8,184 nucleotides of DNA from Azolla caroliniana (taxonomy: Eukaryota > Plantae > Polypodiophyta): assembly GCA_043228905.1 (NCBI GenBank), contig JBHGNT010001457.1, positions 1-8,184 on the forward strand. The letters are read 5' to 3'. The notes under the pieces are model-generated. The model worked only from the letters and a program-made list of their open reading frames with translations. It searched no databases and had not been told where the DNA came from. Positions 1-7,991 of this stretch are shown piece by piece; the first letter of the stretch is position 1; each line of letters opens with the position of its first letter. Both the position numbers and the translations under genes were made by a program.

Positions 1-72
1 ATATGGCCCTTAGCCTTCGTCCAAAATATCCAGAATACTCTGCTCCAGGGTATCCAATGGTTGTTCGGAACT

Positions 73-144
73 CTGTTGTTGTTGCGGTTGTGGCTATTGT
101 TGCTGTTGTGGCTGCTATTGTGGCTGTTGTTGCTGTTGTTGTGG
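73..144 (-). repeat. CAA/CAG/CCA low-complexity repeat encoding a poly-Q/P tract
   Basis: Translates as PQQQQQQPQ*QPQQQQ*PQPQQQQ in the extra-ORF frame. Confidence 0.85.
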
Positions 145-1718
145 CTCTGGCTCCTCCGACTGTTGCTCCTTAGATGGCGTCGGTTCGGCTCCCAGTACCG
201 GCGGTTGTGGCAGTGATTCCTCTGTTAGCCGCTCTGCCGAATTTGACTCTAGTTGACTCGCCCCGGCCTTGTCTCCGTCCGATCCTTGCTCCGGTGATGG
301 CTCCTCATCGCTGAGGTTGACGGTCACCGCCTGCTTTGCTTCTTCTCTCTGTAGCCTGGTCTGCTCATAGCTTTCAAACTGGATTTGAGCATCCAGCCGA
401 TCATTGTCTAGCTGTGCTACCAGTTGCTGGACCACTGCTGATTATTCCTCCGCCAGAGTTACAAAATCTTCTGCTAACTCATCTCTTATGGCAGTGAAGT
501 CCTCTTTTGTTAGCATGGAGTAGTCGTCGCCATCCTTTTGCTGGTTTTCCGCGTCCGCCCTTAGCAATTGGAGCTCGGCTGTGTGTTTTGCCCTTTTGTC
601 CCACCATTGCGCGGAGCTTTCGTCAATCAAGCGTTTTGTCTTATTCTTCCATGCCTGGACAATGAATTAGATCTACTCCAATCCCATCTTCGATTTGTCC
701 TCCTCGGCTTGTCGTTCGTCCTTCAACTGCTTGATCACTGCCACCGTATCCACCTCCTGCTCCCAGTAATGTGACAATTGGGTTTGATAGGTGTTCTGCA
801 ACCATTGCAATACCATTGTCGCTCTTTCCTTCTCCTCATAATGCTGCTTGTGGAGCTCCATACGTTCTTGCGTGGCTTCCTCCAGCAGCGTGATTCTTTC
901 AGCCCGTTCCTCCCCTAGCACCATCTCAACTCGATGCACCTCCTGCCGGAGCGCTGCCATCTTCTGTTGTTGTTTCTTATGCTCTGTATCCAGGTGCTTG
1001 TAGTCTTGGTGCAGGTGCTCAAAATCATCGTTCTTCTGCTTCAGCTTTTGGTACAGTTGCAAGCGAGCGCGGTCTTACCGATCCTTCTGTTGACGGAGTT
1101 CTTCTTTCAGTCTTTCGATCTCTGTTTCCGCCATCCGTCGCAACTTCTCCTTTTCTTACAACTTCTTCTCTTTCTCCTCCTTCAGCCGGTCATATGCCTG
1201 ATGTCCTTTCCGCAGATTGTCTTCTGCCTTGCGGAGGTTCTCAGTAGTCTTTCTTTGCTCTTCTTTTGCCGCTTTCTTCAAGTCCCACTCTTGGGTGCGT
1301 AAGGCTTCCTATGCGGCCAATTCATCTCTCAATTCAGCAAGCTCTTTTGCTTGCGCCGCCACTATCTCCGGGACTGGTTCCGTCTCCGGGGTCTTATTGC
1401 TATGTACAGATGCCAGTGTTTCTTTATTCTGTACATTTACCAGAGTCACCGGTGCTTGGATCGGTGGTCCGGTTAAGGCCATTTTGGCCAATTCTTCTGT
1501 GGCTAGGTCCAAGTCTTGTTCTAAGCTCCGGATCCTTGACTGGGCCGTCTCTAGTTCTCCGGTTGTGACGAGCAACCGGTCCATCTGCGCTTTCTCTTCC
1601 GCCTCTATGTAGTGTACCACTCCGGCAATCTGTTCTCCAATCTACCGGAGCCATTGGCTGCCGGTGCCCTGTTGTTGCGTCTGCCCAGAGTGTTGGCTGT
1701 TGGTGTCGGTGGCCAGGT

Positions 1719-1814
1719 TTTGCTTACCGGCCGGTTTTTGGATTTGCATACCAGCCAATTTCCGGATTTGCTTACCAACCGGTTTCCGAATTTGCTTACC
1801 AGCGGGTTTTCGGT
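1719..1814 (-). repeat. 24-bp tandem repeat x4 encoding (R/Q)KPxGKQI
   Basis: Plus-strand units start at 1719, 1743, 1767 and 1791 (TTTGCTTACCGGCCGGTTTTTGGA / TTTGCATACCAGCCAATTTCCGGA / TTTGCTTACCAACCGGTTTCCGAA / TTTGCTTACCAGCGGGTTTTCGGT). Confidence 0.92.
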
Positions 1815-1873
1815 TTTTGGGAAGTTGGCCACCATCATCCATCAAGACAAAGTGGCCAAAGTGCTCTTAGCAC

Positions 1874-1910
1874 AAATGAAAAATGAGGGGGCTCAAGGTG
1901 CTTATATAGC
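1874..1910 (-). promoter_or_regulatory. Putative internal Pol II core promoter for the extra ORF (TATA box plus initiator)
   Basis: On the minus strand GCTATATAAG lies at 1910-1901. TTCATTT follows with its A at 1877, 31 nt from the first T of TATA. The first downstream ATG is the extra-ORF start at 1842. Confidence 0.6.
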
Positions 1911-2200
1911 CAGGGCCTTAAGTTTCCTATCTATGTGGGATAAATAATAGTTCTATTTTCCCTATCTTCTCAAACATACATCTTCTATATAACATGCCAT
2001 TAAGCTAATATAAAGTACTTATTTTATTTTTCATTTTTAAATTTTTTTTTTGCATAGTTTGAGAGAAGATTCACACGACAAAGTGCCATGTGGTGGCGGT
2101 TTAATATCCTATTAATAGCCCACTACGTACCTTTTCAAAGTGCCTATTCACTTCTTGTTCTTGCATTTGTCCGTTCACCCCTCGCGCTTGCATGATTTAC

Positions 2201-2239
2201 TTTGATTTGATTTGATTTGATTTGATTTTTTTTCTTTTT
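2201..2239. repeat. (TTTGA)5 microsatellite followed by a T-rich tract
   Basis: TTTGATTTGATTTGATTTGATTTGA at 2201-2225, then TTTTTTTTCTTTTT, just 3' of the pol stop on the element strand. Confidence 0.9.
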
Positions 2240-2255
2240 GATAAAAATGGTTTGG

Positions 2256-3606
2256 TTAATTCGCATCCGGTCCCACTGAACCCCTATCCGGATTGTGGGA
2301 CTTGCCGGCTGTGGGACTGCTTGCCGTCGCGTCGTTCTTGTCGTTTGCCGGCTCGTGCTCCCTCTTACCAGCTTCACGCTTGCCATTGTATGGTTTGAGT
2401 TGGAACCTATTGACCCATTTACCCAGAACCTCGCCGGCGAGTGTCCCTAATTGGTAGGAACCGTTGAACTCACGCGTAATCCAGTATGGTCCGGTCCACC
2501 GAAACCGTCGCTTCCCCGACAGCTTCCCCATCCGGGTCTAGAATACTAGTACCGGCTTACCGATTTCGAACATCTTTTCGTTCCCTTTTCGGTGACGATC
2601 CACAAAAGCTTTCCTTCGCTGCTGCTCTAGTTCTAGGTGCATGATGTTGGCTAGCCGGTGTTCTTTCAATTCGCGCAGCACGGTTACCCAGATAGCTTCT
2701 GATTCCTTCTCATTTAGGTGTTCCTGAATTTGTATTCGTAAACTCGGTACCTAGAACTCTACCAGCATCACTACTTCCAATCCAAATGCTAGGCGAAATG
2801 GTGTTGTGCGGATACTTGTTTTATATGTTGTTCTGTAGGCCCAGAGTGCACTGTGCAACTTTGTATCCCAATCCGTCTGGTTCTCATTGACGATTTTTTG
2901 CAGGATGTTCTGTAGTGTTTTATTTGTTGACTCAGCTAATCCGTTGGCTTGCGGATAATAGGCAGTGCTCCGTTTGTGCACCACCGCATAAAATGTCGTC
3001 AAACTTTCCACTACTTGCCCTAAGAAGTGCCCACCTTGGTCACTTATGAGCTCTATCGGGCATCCATACCGGCACCAAATGCATTCATATAAAAAATTTG
3101 CCGTGGATGCCGCGGTGTTGTCGCGTAGTGCTTTGGCTTCCACCCATTTTGTGCAGTAATCCGTAGCGACAATCACGTACCAGTTGCCGGTTCTCATTGC
3201 CGGTGGTTTGAATGGACCAACAAAATCCAGCCCCCATTTTTGAAATGGTTCTAATGGTAGCACGGGCTAGTGAGGCATCCTGGCTTGTTCGGTTAGTTGG
3301 CCCATTCGTTGACATAGGTCGCATTCTTTAGCGTACCAATGTTGTCGGCCACCATTGTCCACTCTGCCATATTTTCCTTACGGTAGCGTCTGTGGCATAA
3401 TATTCTCCAGCCACGCCGCAATGTGCTTCGCGCAATATTATTTCCTTTTCGTCGCTGCACACTGCACGCCACCATATGCCATCTGCGCCTTTGTGGTACA
3501 GTGTGTTCTGTAATAGAAAAAAGTGTCGGCTTTGAACCGCTAAGCGTTTCCTTTCGTCTCTGTTCATCTCTTGCGAAGGTAAGCCGGTAATCAGAAATTG
3601 GTGCAT
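2256..3606 (-). pseudogene. pol: Integrase (HHCC zinc-binding, DDE core, GPY/F C-terminal domain) and end of pol
   Basis: EAHCGVAGEYYA...WWPT/(frameshift near 3340)HWYAKECDLCQ, then WGLDFVGPF, ISDQGGHF, YPQANGLAESTNK, ALWAYRT...TPFRLAFG, RWTGPY and VNRFQLKPY. TAG stops lie at 3267, 2751 and 2538. The terminal TAA is at 2256-2258. Confidence 0.96.
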
Positions 3607-3724
3607 GTTGGTGAGCCACTTGTCTTCCTCTGCGACCTTACCATCTGTTGTCGTTTCTGTTGTAACTCTAAACAGCTCTGCATCTGGAAGTCTTCTGGGA
3701 TGCTGTCACCGGTTTCGCCGGAAT

Positions 3725-4105
3725 CTAACCGGCTCAAATAATCTGCTACCGCATGTTGGATGCCTAGTCGGTGGAATATCTCGAACTCAAATTCTTGTAA
3801 TAGTAACGTCCACCGAGCCAGCTTACCGGTGAGTGATGCTTTGGACACCAAGTAAACGAGTGCCGAATGATCTATGTGAAAGGAAAATTTCCTTCCTAGC
3901 AGATAGTGTCTAAACTTTGTGACACTGTACATCATACCCAAGGCCTCTCTTTCCGTTGTGGAATAATTACGTTCCTCTTGGGACAGCTTCCGACTGGCAT
4001 AATACACTGGCCGGTACTATTTTGGTTCTGTAAGTTGCATCAGCGTGTTCCCGATTGCGATGTCGGACGCGTCAACGAACACATGGAACTCTTTAGACCA
4101 ATCTT
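3725..4105 (-). pseudogene. pol: Ty3/Gypsy-type RNase H domain of pol
   Basis: FHVFVDASDIAIG, YYASRKL, NYSTTEREALG, IDHSAL, ARWTLLLQEFEFEI and HAVADYLSR. A TAG stop lies at 4017-4019. An apparent 1-bp deletion near 3686 follows (EDF-[P]DAELF). Confidence 0.95.
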
Positions 4106-4253
4106 GAGGTTGCACCTCCGGTGCTTGTGACAACAATACTTTTATTGCCCGGTAAGCCTGGTCCTCTGTGTCCATCCATCGAAAAGGTGTCCGATGTACC
4201 GCAGCATGCAATGGTGTAGCCAAATCTGCCAGATACCGGAGCATTCGACTATG

Positions 4254-5170
4254 CTACCGAATTTGTCCTAAGAAACGGCTTAATGCCTTTGCCGTGGCTG
4301 GTGCCGATGCCTCCAGAATTGCTTTTACTTTATCTGGATCCACTGTGATGCCGTCCTTGCTCACTATGTGGCCTAGTAACGCTCCACTAGTTACTCCGAA
4401 AACGCATTTTGCTGGGTTAAGGCTTAGCCGGTAAACCCTAGATTTCTCCAAACATAGTCGGAGGTGCTGAAGGTGATCCCCTTCCCGTCTATAGACAGCG
4501 AAGTCGTCCAAGAACACTTGCATGAATCCTGGAATGAATTCTCCGAAAATCTCCATGATGATCCGCTGGAAGGTTTCCGGCGCCGTTTTCAGTCCAAACA
4601 TCATCACTATGGCAACAAAGACTCCCCATTCAGTGACAAAAGTAGTCTTCTCCTGGTCGGTTGGGTGCATCCGAATCTGATTATAGCCGCTGAAACCGTC
4701 TAGAAAACTGTACACCTCATGACCGGCGACCGCATCTAGGACTCCATCCGTGAATGGAAGTGGGAAGGCGTCCGTTACCATAGCTGCATTCAATTTCGGG
4801 TAGTCGACGCACACTCTTATCTTATCGATCTTTTTGCGTACTACGACTATCGGACTGAGCCATCTGGCTTTCTTTACCAGTCGAATGAAGCCAACCCTTA
4901 GCAATTTGTTGATTTCTTCTTTGACTTTTGCTACGTAATTTGGGTTCATCCGGTAACGTTGTTGCGCTACCGGTTTGGCGTCTTTACTCAGATGTATCTG
5001 GTGTTGATACAACTGAGGATCGAGTCCCCGCATGTCCTCATAGGACCAGGCGAACATATCGCGAAATTCTGCTAGGAGTGTGATCATTGCTGTTTTGTTC
5101 TCCGGGGTCATTTCCTTGGCGATGTGCACCGGTCTTGTGTCCTCTGTGGTACCTAGGTTCACCTCTTCTA
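4254..5170 (-). pseudogene. pol: Reverse transcriptase domain of pol
   Basis: Motifs WLSPIVVV, IRVCVDYPKLN, FPLP, SFLDGFSGYNQI, MMFGLKTAPETFQR, VFLDD (FLDD at 4503-4514), KCVFG and LLGHIVS. It ends at a premature TAG (4254-4256; QIR*HSR, probably Trp). Confidence 0.97.
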
Positions 5171-5529
5171 GTTGGGATGCTTTCACACGCTGCGACACAG
5201 CCATTTCTCTTTCCAGTGCCTTCTGTGCTTGCTGTAATTCCCGGATTGCTTCTTTATCCGGGTCCTTGTCGGTCCCCTCCGGTTGTAGTATGTACGGTGA
5301 TACTGCTTCAGCTACATCAATCTCGAACAGAGGTACGATCTTCGGATTTTCCTGTAAGTATTGATCGACCTCTTCGTCCGCCAATCCTTCCAGCATGTTG
5401 ACACATTTCGCATATAGCAACGTCAATTCCTTGCCGGTACCGGACCGTGGTTGCGTCGGTACTCGTACTTTCGCTTTTCTACGCAGGAACATAATTATGT
5501 TTTTCCTCCAGTTTTGCTTGATGTGTGTT

Positions 5530-5850
5530 GGTTTTAACCAAGGGCATCCCAACAATAGTGGGTAACCTCCCTGAGCCTATACGTGGAGAACTACTGTGGA
5601 AATACGAATTGTGTGACCCCCGATGGTCACTTCCAGATCTCGTATTAATCCGTCCAGCCGTACTGAGCTTGTGTCCGCCATCCGAAGCCAAAAGGGGCAT
5701 GGTTCCCACTCATGGATTCCTAGAGTGTTACACGTTCGGAGGCTGATCACGTTCACGCCGGATTCTCCATCGATAATCGTGTCGGGTAGCTCATTACTTT
5801 TCACGGTGGCTGTGATTGCCGGACTGCTCGTGTCCACCACTACCGGTCCT
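5530..5850 (-). pseudogene. pol: Retropepsin-like aspartic protease domain of pol
   Basis: IIDGESGVNVI has the catalytic Asp codon at 5769-5771 and is probably derived from DGGSG. It is followed by LRMADTS and the C-terminal YPLLLGCPWL (LLGRPWL-type motif). A TAG stop lies at 5577-5579. Confidence 0.88.
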
Positions 5851-5899
5851 TCCTCCGATTTGAAAAGAATGCCGGAGTCGGTGGTGTGTCGGCTGTCAT

Positions 5900-7938
5900 C
5901 CTTCCTGTCTTCAGTTCTTCCGTGAAGCGTGGTACTAGTTGCAATAGCCGGCCTAACGGCAACGTTATTTGGCATTCTTGCAACACCTGCCAGGTTGGGT
6001 TTTCGGGCTACCCCGGGCCGGTGAGCTCTTCGGCATTCTCCTTTTGTTGTTCAAGCTCTGCCGCATTCCACTCGTTTGCCTTCTTCACCCATTCGGTTGC
6101 CTGCTTCCGGATGACTTCTTGAGTTTCCCACTCTGTGGCTTTGCCCTTTGATCTTGTAGTGACTTGTGGTATGTCCGCGACTTCCGCGTCTACCATGTTC
6201 ACCGTTGGTCGCTTGTTGTAGCTCTTTGCCAGACATTGATTACTATAGTGGCCTTCTTGCCAAAAATAATAGTAGTACGGCTTCCAGGTGTTGCTAGATT
6301 CGGCGTGTATGCTTGGTGGAGGTCCGGGGGTAAGTGCTTGGTTTTGGTCTGGTTGGCTGCTCGGAATGCCCTTTTCCGGTTCCCGTGGATGACCCCCCTT
6401 TTTGTTGAAATGACGTTTCTTATTGATATTCTTTTTGTTGCGGTAACCTTGACGGTGTTGGTCGTCATACTTGCCATTGTCGTCTCGTCGTTGGTTGTAA
6501 CCAGGGGAGTGATCCCGGTTGTATCTCTCGTACCGTCCATTATAGTCCCGGTATCTATCATGTCTGTCATACCGGTCATAAGCGTCTCTTCGATCGTTGT
6601 ACCGGACATCTTGTGTCGGCCGATAGCGCTCCTCTCATTGCTAGCGTTCTTCTTCTTCCTCCCGGTTGCGTCATGGTTCAATTTTTTGGACCGGTGGTGC
6701 TTGCCGATTTAACAAGTTATACTCACACCGTTCCATTGTATGACTTCTGGAGTGGCAGAGGAAGCATTGGGAACGCATGGTGCATTCCAGCGCCGAATGT
6801 CCGGCATTTAGGCGTGTCGTACATTGAACTGCTTGCCAGAAACAGAGGTCGTCATCTGTCGGTAGTGCACGCTTAAGTGCGCCCATGGTTAACCATGAAC
6901 TTGAGTTTTCCGTTTCCCTAACTCGGTTGATCACTTGATCTATGCTGCTAGTGCGGAAATCAATGACGGTGCACACCGTTCGTAGGGGTTCCCGGAGTGC
7001 TGCTAAGAATATGGCCTATGTTTCTTCCTCCGGTGGTGTCCGGCTGAGCTGACTGTGGATCCGCTGGAACCGAATGACAAACTGTTGAATGTTCTCTGTT
7101 GGTTCCTACCGGATACTATAAAATAAGCCTACCATTTCCCACTGGTCCATCTCCTTGTGAAAGAAATGCAAGAATTTTGTTTTCAATGTTTCAAACGTGG
7201 GGATGGTGCTACGATCTTGTGTTCGGTGCCATCTAGCGGCCGGTCCCTCCAAGGTCATGCCGAACTCTGCCCTTTTTGAGCGTTCCTCTTCGGTTGCATT
7301 TAAGCGTTGGGACACATGGTTTACCTCCTAGATTTGTTGAAACGCATGGACGTGGGCTTCCGCATCCGGATCATCCCGGTATCTGGGATATTGGAACGGC
7401 ATATCGTCGTCTGGTGTCGGTACACAGGCTGCTGGTGTCGGTGGTCTTTCCTCCTCCTCTGTCGGTTTCGGAGGTCTGTCCCGCTTCTCTGTCGGTGTTG
7501 GAGGCCTCTCCTCCGCGACTTCCGGTGCCGGAGGTTCCAACCTTGTCAATTTTGGTTCTGTGTCGGCAAGGTATCCGACTCCTCGTCCTCTGGTCCGTCT
7601 GGGTGTCGTTACTACTGCGGTAGTATGTCTGCGCGATGTATTCCACGTCCAAACCCGATTCAAATCCCGAAAATGCTTCGGATTCGCCTTTGTTTATTGC
7701 CAATGTTTGGAGAAGGGATTCCGCTTCCCGGAGGCTGCTTAGGCTGCTTCCTTCGTCCGGGTGGGTAGTCATTTTGTGGTAACCAAAGTGACTCCTTGGC
7801 CACTCTCCGGATCAATTTGGAAAATGAGCGATCCGCTCTGATTTCTTCTAGCGCTTGTTGGAAAGCCTCTCGCTTCCTTAGCCATTCAACAAGTCTCCTT
7901 TCCTGCTGCGTAACCGGGTCGTTGGTTGATCGCGTCAT
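5900..7938 (-). pseudogene. gag: gag region of the gag-pol polyprotein (retrotransposon Gag capsid domain plus CCHC zinc knuckles), disrupted
   Basis: ORFs 7328..7663, 7106..7315, 6671..6976 and 6008..6202 share one frame. It reads YPRYRDDPDAEAHVHAFQ...FGMTLEGPAARWH...TFETLKTKFLHFF...R*EPTENIQQFVIRF (capsid-like) and then CFLCHSRSHTMERC. Stops are at 7328, 7106, 7016, 6671, 6641, 6635 and 6008. The frame upstream of about 7600 is ambiguous. Confidence 0.88.
7427..7516 (-). repeat. Diverged 30-bp tandem repeat x3 in the Gag N-terminal linker
   Basis: Encodes AEERPPTPTE / KRDRPPKPTE / EEERPPTPAA. Confidence 0.65.
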
Positions 7939-7976
7939 CCATTCCCGCCGTTGTTCGCTGCGATTGTGCAGGAATC

Positions 7977-7986
7977 GTGGTCGCCA
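7977..7986 (-). promoter_or_regulatory. Primer binding site, TGGCGACCAC, probably complementary to the 3' end of tRNA-Arg
   Basis: It starts with TGG (complement of the tRNA CCA end) just after the LTR-terminal CA and just before gag. The 10 nt match my recollection of the plant tRNA-Arg(TCG) 3' end, ...GUGGUCGCCA; the match is lost beyond that. Confidence 0.75.
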
Positions 7987-7991
7987 AAAAC

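Larger units (their letters stand above)
10..1842 (-). pseudogene. Extra 3' ORF of about 610 aa: coiled-coil protein with basic N-terminal repeats and an acidic/poly-Q tail; function unknown
   Basis: ORFs 1642..1845, 1309..1620, 673..1062, 442..630 and 115..435 are all in one frame. The intervening sequence also translates as E/K/Q/R/L-rich helix. The nine internal stops (1642, 1309, 1156, 1075, 673, 667, 442, 115, 94) are all TAG or TAA, and there are no frameshifts. It ends ...LEQSILDILDEG* at 10-12, although that TAA could also be premature. Confidence 0.85.

Noticed and set aside
1719-1814. CRISPR-like array
   Set aside because: The units are directly adjacent with no unique spacers, they preserve a reading frame, and the context is a eukaryotic retrotransposon.
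568-1947. Plus-strand Leu/Phe/Ser-rich ORFs (568..774, 934..1302, 1217..1612, 1612..1947) that look like membrane proteins or Env
   Set aside because: They are antisense shadows of the Glu/Lys/Gln-rich minus-strand ORF: GAA, AAG and CAA codons read as hydrophobic codons on the other strand.
2256-2400. Chromodomain at the integrase C-terminus
   Set aside because: The tail after LKPY is short, polar and low-complexity, with no aromatic-cage or YLVKW-type motif.
4254-5555. Bacterial RT system (retron, DGR, group II intron) or an intact stand-alone RT gene
   Set aside because: The RT is embedded in a PR-RT-RH-INT polyprotein with Gag, a PBS and an LTR end. The 433-aa ORF is simply the stretch between two premature stops.
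5840-5910. Programmed -1 gag-pol frameshift before the protease
   Set aside because: A -1 frame change is present, but I see no X-XXY-YYZ slippery heptamer. A 1-bp deletion (FSN[P]EEGP) in a copy with other indels is simpler. A sibling consensus would settle it.
6164-6712. 182-aa plus-strand hydrophobic ORF and 160-aa Thr-rich minus-strand ORF (6199..6681)
   Set aside because: Both are alternative-frame readings of the R/D/Y-rich Gag linker. The true frame is the one continuous with the flanking Gag segments and the third knuckle.
10-7663. Alternative genetic code (TAA/TAG = Gln) or stop readthrough making the ORFs intact
   Set aside because: Some TAG stops sit at probable Trp positions and TGA stops also occur. 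There are frameshifts (about 5865, 3686, 3340) and missense hits to conserved residues, so ordinary decay explains the pattern.
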